In this document: positions 30,361 through 40,461 of the stretch, piece by piece
Position numbering within the stretch: the stretch's first letter is position 1
How the letters are laid out: every line of letters starts with the position of its first letter
NCBI GenBank assembly: GCA_963819815.1
Contig: CAWFXL010000001.1
Location: 416,001 to 480,000 of the forward strand
Direction: 5' to 3'
Length of the DNA: 64,000 nt
Origin: an uncultured bacterium
GTDB lineage: Bacteria > Babelota > Babeliae > Babelales > Babelaceae
Notes under the pieces: model-generated
Database searches by the model: none
What the model saw: the letters and a program-made list of their open reading frames with translations, nothing else
Told to the model about the DNA's origin: nothing
Made by a program: the position numbers and the translations under genes

Positions 30361-32298
30361 CTATTCAACTTTACTCTTTTGAGATGGTTTTCCAGAATTT
30401 GGTTCATCATCGTCTTCATCATCACGATCTTCCACTGCTGTACTAGAGACTACAGAGCCGTCATTTCTTTGAGTTTCCTCAGGGTAAATAAGAGCTCTCA
30501 GCTTGTCCCAGCAGTTTTGGAAGGCTTCATTCGCAGCCTTTTTCGGGCTAGACAGCATAAAAATGTCATCCTGGATAGTATCTAAAACGGAAAAAACCAA
30601 ACCTTCCCAAGCTATACGTAAGAACGCACGAGAACTCGATGAGGACATTTGTTGCTCCTGAAGTTGATATTCAGACTGCAAAAATTTCCAGATAGTTGGT
30701 ACATCCTCGATATGTATACGCTTAATCATTTCCAGTACACCGAGATCACGCACCCGAACGGTATTATTAAAATCACCGATAACAATCTGGTCATCAGGTT
30801 TCATGCAGAGTGCACTAACACCACTTTCATGTATCTGAGACTCGGCAAGCTCTTCACCATTCTTACTCCAAACTCGAATTACTCCTTCCTTACTCGATGC
30901 GGTAATGATTTTTCCATCTGCAGTTACACAGATTGACGGTATAGTTCTACTCCTTGTGAACATCGGTTCCATGTTTTTATGCGCCTTAAAAACTATGAGC
31001 TCTTTTCCTAACGCATCCTGCACACGAGTATTTCCATCCCAAGACAAAGAAACAATCTCACCACTTGGTGTTGCAGAGACTGACAAAAAGCTACCAGTAA
31101 CGACCCGGTTCATACTAGAGCCGAGAAATATGCTACTCATAGAAACTCCTCTTTCCCTCTCGAATGGCAATGCCTGCAGGTTACCTACCGTATCCAAGAT
31201 GTGTGAGGTTCCATCGAAAGACCCAGTAAGTATAGTACCGTCTGGCATCACAAAGACTGAGCAAGGGAAATGTAGAGCACAGGTAGAGATTTTCCTGCAT
31301 TGCCTATCGTAGATATCAATTCCTCCTAGGTGTGCAGAAACTATCTTACCATCCAAAGTCACTTTGAGGGAAAATACTTCTTCTCGTGCGCCCTCTGTTG
31401 GAGTGTGGATTGCAAGCTGTGTACCTATAGTATTCCAGATACAAATTGTTCCATCACTATAGCCAGCAACAATGTCGCAGTCTGCTGTCATACACAGAGA
31501 GCTCACAAAAGTTTTACCGTTCGACTTACATACAGCAAACTCTTTTCCTTCAGGACTGTACATATGGATATTCCCACTTGCAAGCCCAACGGCTATGGTA
31601 CCATCAGGTCCCGCAGCAAGGCAGGTAATTTCACTTTGTGTTTTACACAAAACATGCTTTCCTAAAACCCGAAGAATATAGTTCTCTAAAAGAGCAGCTC
31701 TTAGTCGATTAGGAATTGCAGCTATCAGCTCAGCGGTAAATGCCTGTACACCCATGTCCATTACACAAGTTTGCGCTAGTTCAGGGACAAAGGGAATATC
31801 TAAATATTCGGCTGCTAAAAGTATGGCAACGACAGTATCTCCCTCAAGTTGCTCGAGCTCTTTTCTTATTTCTTCTTTGACCGTCTCGCTATCAGATCTC
31901 AACTGAGCAATCTTTTGGAGTGTCCTTGCATTTTCTCTCACTGGATCTATTTTAGATGATTGCGTCAGCTCATCTACTAAAAGTTCATTTTGAGTAATCT
32001 TTTCAACCCGCCCAAGCTGTTTTATAAGGAACTTTCCAATGCTGAAGTGAACTTGAGGTACATCTATAACGATATGATTCTCCTCGAGAAGCCATAAAAT
32101 ACCGCGTAACAACTTGGCATGTTGTAGAGAAACTTCAAAAGAGCTTTCTTCTTGTAAGTTTTCTTCTTTTCCCATTATAAGTTTGATCGTCTGTTCATTG
32201 CTTTCTATCGATTGCACAGTGCTCTCTACTGCAAGATTCATCGGTAGTGCCGTAAAGAACCATGACAAGGTCATGAGAAGAACTTTATTAGTATTCAT
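30361..32298 (-). CDS. Secreted Skp1/BTB-like plus WD40 repeat protein
   Basis: Start reassigned to MNTNKVLL (AAGG RBS); FEVSLQHAKLL, VAILLAAEYLDIP; divergent WD40 repeats; acidic/basic tail; paralog of 15926-17659. Confidence 0.88.
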   Translation of the reverse strand: MNTNKVLLMTLSWFFTALPMNLAVESTVQSIESNEQTIKLIMGKEENLQEESSFEVSLQHAKLLRGILWLLEENHIVIDVPQVHFSIGKFLIKQLGRVEKITQNELLVDELTQSSKIDPVRENARTLQKIAQLRSDSETVKEEIRKELEQLEGDTVVAILLAAEYLDIPFVPELAQTCVMDMGVQAFTAELIAAIPNRLRAALLENYILRVLGKHVLCKTQSEITCLAAGPDGTIAVGLASGNIHMYSPEGKEFAVCKSNGKTFVSSLCMTADCDIVAGYSDGTICIWNTIGTQLAIHTPTEGAREEVFSLKVTLDGKIVSAHLGGIDIYDRQCRKISTCALHFPCSVFVMPDGTILTGSFDGTSHILDTVGNLQALPFERERGVSMSSIFLGSSMNRVVTGSFLSVSATPSGEIVSLSWDGNTRVQDALGKELIVFKAHKNMEPMFTRSRTIPSICVTADGKIITASSKEGVIRVWSKNGEELAESQIHESGVSALCMKPDDQIVIGDFNNTVRVRDLGVLEMIKRIHIEDVPTIWKFLQSEYQLQEQQMSSSSSRAFLRIAWEGLVFSVLDTIQDDIFMLSSPKKAANEAFQNCWDKLRALIYPEETQRNDGSVVSSTAVEDRDDEDDDEPNSGKPSQKSKVE

Positions 32299-32526
32299 AT
32301 TATTTCGTACCTTTCTGCTATTGAGATAATCGACTTCCTTGGAGTCAAGTATTTCAACGTTAGATGAATAAGCTTTTTTAGACCTTTGCGCAAGCTTCAT
32401 TGAGATGAAGATCATATGATTCGTGGCTGAAGTTAAGCTTCATAATGCTGTATCGCTTCTGATTTGGCAACCTGCCTAGAAAATCAATAGTATGTATTAT
32501 ACTTCACGTTGTAGCTTTTTCTCCGG

Positions 32527-34803
32527 TTAGGTGGGGAGAATGGTCTTCAGTCTTTCAAGAGCGACCCTTTTAAGAGGACTGTTGGTCGCGCACGCATTAA
32601 TATGATAACTAAATTCTGCCCGATAATGCCTATCTCTCAAAAGAGATGATGCAACGATGAGGTTGACTAATTGTACGTCATACTCATCAAAATACTGACC
32701 GTTTAGCAGCACTTCTAAAGGACTTACGTTATTCGCATCATCCTGCAAAACCGACGCTCCAGCTTGCAATAAGAGCATAAGTACCTGCTTTTGACGTTCT
32801 CTAGTATCGGGCGTATGCCCATTAAATTCTTCAAACAGCTCATGCAAGGCTGTTTTGAATCCAGTACCTGCAGAGTTAACTAGTGCCCCTGCTTCGATGA
32901 GCATCTGCACACTCTGCGCGTCATACATTCCTGCTACGACACAGAGAGGCGTTTCTCTTTCTCTATTCTGTACATTTGCAGATGCACCCGCCCTGAGAAG
33001 CATTGCTATGAGCCTTTGTCTTACCGATGAAGTTCGAAGATTTGCGGCGATATGTAAGGGGGTATCGCGCTGTGCTGAGTCTGCAACGGTAGGATATGCC
33101 CCGTGGCTTAGCAGAAGCTCCACCCAAGGAATATGTCCTCGCTTCATCGCTTGATGAAGTAAGGTTGATCCTTCTTTAGTACGAACGTTGATCTCTTTCG
33201 AGTGAGCTACAACCATACGCAAAGTTCTTTCATCAATCTCCTCAGGCTCTGTCTCTGTGGAGCTTGAACTGGCAGGAGCAGTTACCATGTCATCTATTTC
33301 ACCAACCTGTACTGCTTTCAGAATAGTGTCAAAATCGTTCATCGCACTAAAGTAAGCTTTTTGAGTTTGCAAAGAAACGGTGAAATTAAGCTTTTCAAGA
33401 GTTTCGGCAAATTTTTGATATGCTCCTTTAGGTATAGTGCTCGGTATTAGTATGAGTCTTCTCGACGCGAAGCCTCGCGGTAGGCTCGCAAGAAAGAGTT
33501 TAATTATCTTACTCTTAACGTCTGACCAGCCCCCTTCAGAGAGTGCAAAGAGTGGTGTTACCTTATCTTCATCTTCTAATTCTATCGAAGCACCATGGGC
33601 CATAAGAACCGCTGCAGCATTATAGTATAGCATCTCTTTCTCTTCATCCTTTAGTTCAGGACGTTCTAACATGTCATTAAATCTTGAAAGAAGTAAATGC
33701 AGTGGGCTATTCCACGCAGCATCTTGAAAATTAACATCCGCCCCATGTTGGACAAGAACTGCGATACAACGAGCATCTCCGGCATGCGCTGCTGCATGTA
33801 AGGGAGTATATCTATAGTCACGGTATCGAGTAGGACTTGCTCCCGATTGAAGCAATTCTCTTAATCGTTCTGGGTCACCACTTGCTGCCAGATGTAATGC
33901 AGAATACTGGGGGTTTTTTCTGAAGTGAGTATCATTATTAACATATGCTATTCCAAGATCGAGCTTCGTATACAATGTATCGCTTATCCCGACAAGGAGT
34001 GCTTTCAAACAAGCATAATTTTTTTGCAAAACTGCTCGTTCAAAGAGCCTTTCAAAGGTACGTTGCTGTGAGGGAAAGTTGTTGCCACCAGTGAAGAGTT
34101 CATGAAAACAAATAATATGAATGCTTCTTTGGTCCTTCAAATCAACCGCAAGGTCAAGTGGCGTTCTACCCAAAAGATTAGTCATATCATCAATTTTTAC
34201 AAACCTAAAGCCTCTGTAAGTACATCGTTTAAGAATCTCTTCTTGTTTCGCATAATCTTTCTCTTTTACTGCTCCGTGTAGTGGCATATTGCCCTCGCTA
34301 TCTTTAACAAATACTGGTTCAAGAAGACCCTGGAGCTCTGGTAAAATCTTTGGCAGTTTTGTAAGGAATTTTTGTCGGCTAAGGTCACGAACAAGTCTTC
34401 TGAGGTAACGCCTAAAATCACCGCTCATTGCCGTCAGATTAAACATACCTTTTTTTACTATCGGGTTCGAGGTGAGAGATAATTCGTGCTCGCAAATAGC
34501 ACAGACTGCAGCTAAGGCATTATGTTTTATTGCCACATCAAGTGGAGTCTCTCCTTTAAGGTTCTGTAGAGTAGTATTACTCACGTTGGTAGCAAACCAA
34601 TCCATTAAGGTCATGGGAGAGTCCTCTTGATTGCTTGAGCCAAAAATTCTATGGAATGAAGTGTTTCCTTGATCGTCTCTCGCAAAAATATCGTTTGATC
34701 GTATTTCTTCTACATGTGAGCAAGCGCTTGCTTGCATCAACAGGGAAGAACATACTATTAACCCTAACACCGCACTGAAGATTTTTTTGGAAAGAGACAT
34801 CAT
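32527..34803 (-). CDS. Secreted ankyrin repeat protein
   Basis: Signal peptide; many TPLHxA/TPLDxA ankyrin repeats in three blocks. Confidence 0.92.
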   Translation of the reverse strand: MMSLSKKIFSAVLGLIVCSSLLMQASACSHVEEIRSNDIFARDDQGNTSFHRIFGSSNQEDSPMTLMDWFATNVSNTTLQNLKGETPLDVAIKHNALAAVCAICEHELSLTSNPIVKKGMFNLTAMSGDFRRYLRRLVRDLSRQKFLTKLPKILPELQGLLEPVFVKDSEGNMPLHGAVKEKDYAKQEEILKRCTYRGFRFVKIDDMTNLLGRTPLDLAVDLKDQRSIHIICFHELFTGGNNFPSQQRTFERLFERAVLQKNYACLKALLVGISDTLYTKLDLGIAYVNNDTHFRKNPQYSALHLAASGDPERLRELLQSGASPTRYRDYRYTPLHAAAHAGDARCIAVLVQHGADVNFQDAAWNSPLHLLLSRFNDMLERPELKDEEKEMLYYNAAAVLMAHGASIELEDEDKVTPLFALSEGGWSDVKSKIIKLFLASLPRGFASRRLILIPSTIPKGAYQKFAETLEKLNFTVSLQTQKAYFSAMNDFDTILKAVQVGEIDDMVTAPASSSSTETEPEEIDERTLRMVVAHSKEINVRTKEGSTLLHQAMKRGHIPWVELLLSHGAYPTVADSAQRDTPLHIAANLRTSSVRQRLIAMLLRAGASANVQNRERETPLCVVAGMYDAQSVQMLIEAGALVNSAGTGFKTALHELFEEFNGHTPDTRERQKQVLMLLLQAGASVLQDDANNVSPLEVLLNGQYFDEYDVQLVNLIVASSLLRDRHYRAEFSYHINACATNSPLKRVALERLKTILPT

Positions 34804-35171
34804 TTTGTATGCCTTATAATTACGTTGCTCTTTAAAAATTATTCCCCTTAAAGTATATCTTAATTATCATCAAACTTACAAGCGGACAGCTTATGCTAGA
34901 TAACTGAGCGGCTCAGAAAAAACATAATCAGAAAACTAGTGAGTACCATGACTCATGCTATACGTATTGTTATTTGATATGACAGTACGGGAAAAAGTAA
35001 TCTCCTGCCGGTGAATAATGGCTGGGCATTCATCCATAGCTAGGAAACCTAAGAGTGATATAAAAACTCTTTTCAAAATAGATATGCGTATAGTAGGTCG
35101 AGAGTGCTAATGGACACTATCCGCTCTACCAGGCCAGGGTTTCTATAAACCAGCCAAGCCAACGCATTTGA

Positions 35172-38100
35172 TCACACTGTTTTCTGTACTTTAAGCTTGA
35201 GATTCGCCTCCTCAATCTGCGAGGGGTTAAGGCTTTCTTGAGCGACAATCTTGAAGTGTTTAAATGCTTCTAGAAGATCTATTTCAATGGCTGGCGTGCC
35301 TTCATAATGCTGTCGTGCCAGCGAAAAATGAGCATCTATATGAGGAATGCCTAACACTTCGCCTATTGCAACTGCTTTTGCATCATATTCATGCACCTTT
35401 TCCCATTTCTTTCTCAGGAGCTGAGCTTTATCTTCAAGGACCTCCAACTTCTTTTGAGGAATGTTTTCATCCGATAGCTCATAGATACGTGCTATGTGGT
35501 AAGCGGCTTCAGATTGAACCCGTAAATTATATGGCTGATTAAGCGCTCTTTCATAACACGTAAGAGCTTGCAATGAGAGTATTTTTTTACTTGGAGATTC
35601 ACGAAATGCGATATGGCCAAGATAAAGCTCAGCCGCTGGACATATCCAGGAATTAGTGTTGGTGGCTCGTGCTTTTTTTAAATATTCTTTCGCTTGAGCA
35701 AGCGAGTCGACAGAGCTTGTATAGTGTAATTTCCCGAGCCTATAATAAGCTTCAGCTTTAAGTAGTTCATTTGAAGAGCGAGTAGCTTTTGAAAGAGCTA
35801 TTTCAAAACAGCTCATTGCCTTGGAGACCTTTTCTCTTGCAAGCAGGAAGCGACCTCGATAAAGCCAGGCTTGTGCACAATCTTGACTGGATGTTTCACA
35901 GGTATCTTCGCAAAGTCTCATGGCCTGTTCATAGAGGCTTACTACTGGTTCTGCTGTACTGTCTATTTTAAGGTCTTTACATTGAGCTCGATGCAAGAGA
36001 AACAGTGCGGCAATTCTACTTCTGAAACTAGCTTCCCCATCTATTTGGTTAACTTCTTCATCGTCTATATTGCTCACAATGAGATTTTGCTGATGAGCAA
36101 TAACCTGATTTAGATAGTATAGTGCATTCATCTGCGATTGTTTTACACCATATCCGTAAAAGTACATCTCACCTAACCGAGCACAAGCATAAGCCTGAAC
36201 AGCTTTGTCGACATCCTGTTTACTCGATATTTCAAAGAATTTGCAAGCCATTGCCGGATTCCACTCTACACCTCTCCCTAGGAAACACATTTCTCCTAAT
36301 ACGTGTGCTGCTAGAGCTTTATAGATTTTGGTTTCAGACAATTTGTATAAACCCTGAAAGTTTCGATATGCCTCCTCATACTTACCTTGCATATAAAAAC
36401 TAGCTGCTGATTTATACAATGTATGGGCGATATGCTCTCCTGTTTGAGTAAGCTTTAGAGAGCTTTTCCAAGTATTTTCAGGAGAAGTCTCAATACCGGT
36501 TTGATCTAATTTTCCTGCAAGAGCTTTCTGAGAAATCACATCAAATGGGCAAGAGGCTGCTTCTACCTCACGTGAACGATCCTTGCTAGCCGATGAATTT
36601 TTTACTGTAGATTCAGACGAGGTACTTGTATCTTCAGATGAGGTACTTGTAGAGGCAAGGGGACTTTCAGCTCGTGGGGTCACTAAGACTATTTCAGATG
36701 CATCATGTTCGGTCACTCTTGGAGTATCTAATTCATCTTGAACAACAAATTCTACTATCTGAGAACCGGAGCTGCTCTGTTGACCACTTGATAAATGCTC
36801 ATCCTGAGAAATTCCTGTGTCGGCATGAGAATGAGAGGTCTGTGTTGTTATGCTCACGCTTGGAGATTCCGACCCCTGAGACATACGGTCATTAGGTAGT
36901 GAAATACTTAACTCTGGGGATGGCTCTTGTTGAGCAACAGGTTGCGCCTGATCTCCTGAATGCTCATTCTGAGCAATTCCTGTGTCGGTACGAGGATGAG
37001 ACGTCTGTGTTCTGCTCACGGCTGGAGATTCCGTCTCCTGAGACACACGGTCATTAGGTAGTGGAATACTTAACTCTGGGGATGGTTCTTGTTGAGCAAC
37101 AGGTTGCGCTTGATCTCCTGAATGCTCATCCTGAGCAATTCCTACATCGGCCCGAGAATGAGAGGTCTGTGTTGTGCTCACGGCTGGAGATTCCGTCTCC
37201 TGAGACATACGGTCATTAGGTAGTGGAATACTTAACTCTGTGGATGGCTCTTGTTGAGCAACACGTTGCGCTTGATCTCCTGAATGCTCATCCTGAGCAA
37301 TTCCTACGTCGGCCCGAGAATGAGAGGTCTGTGTTGTGCTCACGGCTGGAGATTCCGTCTCCTGAGACATATCCTTATCGGGCAACGCAATACTTAACTC
37401 TGTGGATGGCTCTTGTTTACGGACACGAGGAGACGCTGTACGCCTAGTGCCTCTTGGTGATGAGTAAGTCTCTTGCAAAACGCTCGTTTCAACGTGTGTA
37501 CCAGAAGCACCTAACACTCGTCTTTTTGGAGATATCATTCTCTCCTGAGGCATACTAAGTAGCTCACTTTGCGACGGCTCTTGTTTACGGACACGTGGAG
37601 ATGCTATACGCCTAGTGCCTCTAGGTGATGCGTAAGTCTCTTGAGAGACGCCACTTGCGGCTTGCGCACCAGAAGTAGCAACCACTCTTCTTTTTGGAGA
37701 TTTCATCCGGTCTTGGAGCATACTAGGTAGCTCACTTTGTGGCGGCTCTTGTCTTTGCGAACGTGGAGACGCTGTTTGCAGAGTACTTCTCGGTGATGAG
37801 TGCTTCTCGTAAGAGATGCCAGTTATAACTTGTGCACCAGAGGTATGAGACCTTCTTCTCCTTGGAGAGCTAACTGAAGAATCGTATGATACCACGCTTG
37901 TTTCAGGTCGATCAGATGTGGTGATTCTTCTATGATCAGACGAAGCACTTCGTACAAGTTTATCTGTGCTCTGCACGGGAGTTGTAGACTCAGATGTGCT
38001 ACGTGTCCGAACGTTTAGATGTGGGGAGAATGGTCGGTTATCTTCCCAGGCTTTTCTAAAATCTGGAAATGCTGCAAACATAAGCTCCCGAAATGTTTCA

Positions 38101-39869
38101 TTGCACTCCTCAAAAATTCTACGAAGGTGATATGCCGTAGCCAGTTCACCTAGATCGGGATTCTCCTGTCTAAGCCGATTAATGAGGTACTGGATGCATA
38201 GAGCTTGCTCAAGAGGCATGCTTGATGAAATAAAATCTGATACTTCTTGATTGCCCATATGCCATACTTTTATCAAGCCATCAGGGCCGGTGCCCAGAAA
38301 AGCTGCTCCCTGACTACTTAAATAGGCTCCCTGCAACGCGAGTGAAGGGGGTAACGGTAACTTTTGGTAACTTTCACCTCGAACATCAGAGCGTGCCATT
38401 CCAGGGGCACCGCCATCAACAACTATTGCTGAACTCATTTTTCTCGTTGGCAGGAAAGCAAGGTTATCTATAAACTCATTACTAGAAGTATCACAAAAAA
38501 TCTTTACCGTACCCTTTTTAAGCTCGGTAAGCTGTTCATGAGGAATAATATCATAGGACAACACAGGAATATTGCCCTCGGTAATAGGTTCTACGGTATC
38601 TTGTTGGCAGTTCCAGACCCGTATTTCGTGGGTATCTGAAATAGTAACAAACTTTGAACCATTTGTGTAAAAGCCTCGATAGCCTGCTCCTGAATTCTTT
38701 TTATATGCTATAAACTTCTCTTTCTCCCATTCGTAAAACAGAAGATCCCCTCCAGGGCGTACTTCAATGATCAACTGATCATCATTTCCAAAAACAATGG
38801 TTGAATGATTGTTTTTCTTGTTATCCCTTTTATATGCTGGAGGAGCTAAGACTGTTTTCGTCTCTATTTGCGACGCTTCGGATTGACCTTTTCGAATGCT
38901 CAGTACGATGATTTTTTCGTCAAGTACCAATGCTAAATGTCTTCGGTCAGTACTGAGAGCTGTTCCCCAAATTCTTTTACTATCTTTATAGAGGTCTTTC
39001 CATGCAGGCGGAGTCGTATTGGAAAGACCAAATGAATCCCAAAGGTCGACACGTTTTTTCCCCCAGGTTATGATTCGGTTACCATCACAGAAGTGGACCC
39101 CTTTTATTTTGTAATCGAGCACTACATAGTATACTGAGTCACCACTTTTAAGATCAAAAACCTCAATAAAGCTGGTATCCTTTTTTTGAAGACCTGCAAT
39201 AACCACATGATGGCTATCGGGACTTACAGAACAGTATAGGAGCGGTTTGTCATTTTTTAGGGTGACACATAATTGGGCCCTTAAAAACTCTTGATCTTCG
39301 TCTTCTAGAAGCTTTACAGGAGATTGGGTAAGCTCAGGAGGCAACTCAAGCTCTGAAACCAGCCGTGCATTCGATACAAACGCGGCAAGTGAAGTTTCTT
39401 TTTTCAAGAGAAATAAAAATCCTGCAAGAGCAATAGGTTTCAACTTTTCAAGCCGCATGATCCGTATAAGGCTAAAGAGCTCACTCAATTCCTTAACTTT
39501 AACAGGAAGCGCTGCTGCACTGCGGTCGCCTTCTGAAATTTTGCTCATGAGACTTTTTTTAAGTTTTCCGTTTTTCCGTTTTTCGTTTTTAAGTTGAAGA
39601 AGGTAATCATTTAACATCTCGAGTTGATCACTGTTTAAAGGGACCTTAATAGGCATATCTTCTGTGGTTCCTAGTGCTGCATTTTGCTGTAACAGTGCTC
39701 CTATGTACTGTGACTCCTGAGCCCAGATAGCATCAAGCTGAAATGGCTTATCATCTGCGCTTACCGCAAAAAGATTGGTGTTTGTCGTACAAAGATCTTG
39801 TATCGCGACCGCTCCCTGTAAGGTTGCTCCAAAAGAAATGCATAGAAAAAAATAATGCCGCAAACTCAT
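35172..39869 (-). CDS. Large secreted Skp1/BTB-like, propeller, tandem-repeat linker, Sel1/TPR protein; paralog of 2446-6237
   Basis: AAGGAG RBS; shared blocks with 2446-6237 (DEDQEFLRAQLC, FGNDDQ..IE.RPGGDL, RLGEMY.YGYGVK, DAHFSLARQ). Confidence 0.9.
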   Translation of the reverse strand: MSLRHYFFLCISFGATLQGAVAIQDLCTTNTNLFAVSADDKPFQLDAIWAQESQYIGALLQQNAALGTTEDMPIKVPLNSDQLEMLNDYLLQLKNEKRKNGKLKKSLMSKISEGDRSAAALPVKVKELSELFSLIRIMRLEKLKPIALAGFLFLLKKETSLAAFVSNARLVSELELPPELTQSPVKLLEDEDQEFLRAQLCVTLKNDKPLLYCSVSPDSHHVVIAGLQKKDTSFIEVFDLKSGDSVYYVVLDYKIKGVHFCDGNRIITWGKKRVDLWDSFGLSNTTPPAWKDLYKDSKRIWGTALSTDRRHLALVLDEKIIVLSIRKGQSEASQIETKTVLAPPAYKRDNKKNNHSTIVFGNDDQLIIEVRPGGDLLFYEWEKEKFIAYKKNSGAGYRGFYTNGSKFVTISDTHEIRVWNCQQDTVEPITEGNIPVLSYDIIPHEQLTELKKGTVKIFCDTSSNEFIDNLAFLPTRKMSSAIVVDGGAPGMARSDVRGESYQKLPLPPSLALQGAYLSSQGAAFLGTGPDGLIKVWHMGNQEVSDFISSSMPLEQALCIQYLINRLRQENPDLGELATAYHLRRIFEECNETFRELMFAAFPDFRKAWEDNRPFSPHLNVRTRSTSESTTPVQSTDKLVRSASSDHRRITTSDRPETSVVSYDSSVSSPRRRRSHTSGAQVITGISYEKHSSPRSTLQTASPRSQRQEPPQSELPSMLQDRMKSPKRRVVATSGAQAASGVSQETYASPRGTRRIASPRVRKQEPSQSELLSMPQERMISPKRRVLGASGTHVETSVLQETYSSPRGTRRTASPRVRKQEPSTELSIALPDKDMSQETESPAVSTTQTSHSRADVGIAQDEHSGDQAQRVAQQEPSTELSIPLPNDRMSQETESPAVSTTQTSHSRADVGIAQDEHSGDQAQPVAQQEPSPELSIPLPNDRVSQETESPAVSRTQTSHPRTDTGIAQNEHSGDQAQPVAQQEPSPELSISLPNDRMSQGSESPSVSITTQTSHSHADTGISQDEHLSSGQQSSSGSQIVEFVVQDELDTPRVTEHDASEIVLVTPRAESPLASTSTSSEDTSTSSESTVKNSSASKDRSREVEAASCPFDVISQKALAGKLDQTGIETSPENTWKSSLKLTQTGEHIAHTLYKSAASFYMQGKYEEAYRNFQGLYKLSETKIYKALAAHVLGEMCFLGRGVEWNPAMACKFFEISSKQDVDKAVQAYACARLGEMYFYGYGVKQSQMNALYYLNQVIAHQQNLIVSNIDDEEVNQIDGEASFRSRIAALFLLHRAQCKDLKIDSTAEPVVSLYEQAMRLCEDTCETSSQDCAQAWLYRGRFLLAREKVSKAMSCFEIALSKATRSSNELLKAEAYYRLGKLHYTSSVDSLAQAKEYLKKARATNTNSWICPAAELYLGHIAFRESPSKKILSLQALTCYERALNQPYNLRVQSEAAYHIARIYELSDENIPQKKLEVLEDKAQLLRKKWEKVHEYDAKAVAIGEVLGIPHIDAHFSLARQHYEGTPAIEIDLLEAFKHFKIVAQESLNPSQIEEANLKLKVQKTV
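36790..37416. repeat. Intragenic tandem repeat, about 4 x 162 bp (54 aa)
   Basis: Anchor tcttgt recurs at 36925, 37087, 37249, 37411; unit QEPS.ELSI.LPNDR.SQETESPAVS.TQTSH. Confidence 0.92.
37411..37870. repeat. Intragenic tandem repeat, about 3 x 168 bp (56 aa), SPR-rich
   Basis: Anchor recurs at 37411, 37579, 37747; unit SPKRR...SQETY.SPRGTRR.ASPRVRKQEP. Confidence 0.85.
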
Positions 39870-40049
39870 AGAAGGCTCCTTTACGTTACTGAGGAAATAA
39901 CCTAACTGCTACAGTATCAAGGAATTTGCAAGGCATCAAATTTTAGTCTACTAGCAAAAAGAAATCTCTTTCAGCACACTGCAACAAAACTGCCACTGTA
40001 TTGAGGGCTAGAGCAATCGAAACTGGGATGTTTTGAGCTCCATGACGAT

Positions 40050-40231
40050 CTTGATCGAGTATGGATGTGTGCTCTGTGTAGAAGCACTCATGATAGAGAC
40101 TATAATGCTGCGAAAAATATCGAACGAGTTGGGGCACCAACTCTTGGGTTAGGTGATGTAAGACCAACTTTGTTGGCTATCGCTGTCTGATTCCAAAATC
40201 CCCGGAATGTATTCCTGGGCGAGTATGTCAA
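40050..40231 (+). mobile_element. tnpB: IS200/IS605-family remnant: tnpB 3' end plus right end
   Basis: Translates DRVWMCALCRSTHDRDYNAAKNIERVGAPTLGLGDVRPTLLAIAV* (Zn-ribbon half plus RuvC-III DRDxNAAxNI); subterminal hairpin then GAGTATGTCAA end. Confidence 0.88.
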
Positions 40232-40461
40232 TTGGCAAAACTCTCGAGCTCTCTGAGAGACAAAATATGGCTCAAACAATATTTTTTAGAGGTTCTCATA
40301 GCTCGCAACCATTCTTTGCAGCCCAGATGAAAGCCTTCACAATCTTGAATGATCGATGCATATTCAAATGAAACTTGCCATAAGAACACTTCGAATATCT
40401 AATTCCTATAGCTTTATCCAAAACCAGACTGTCAGTTGCAGGCTATATGTAACTTTCCCAA

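Noticed and set aside
39943..40167. 74-aa minus-strand ORF
   Set aside because: Antisense to the tnpB remnant on the plus strand
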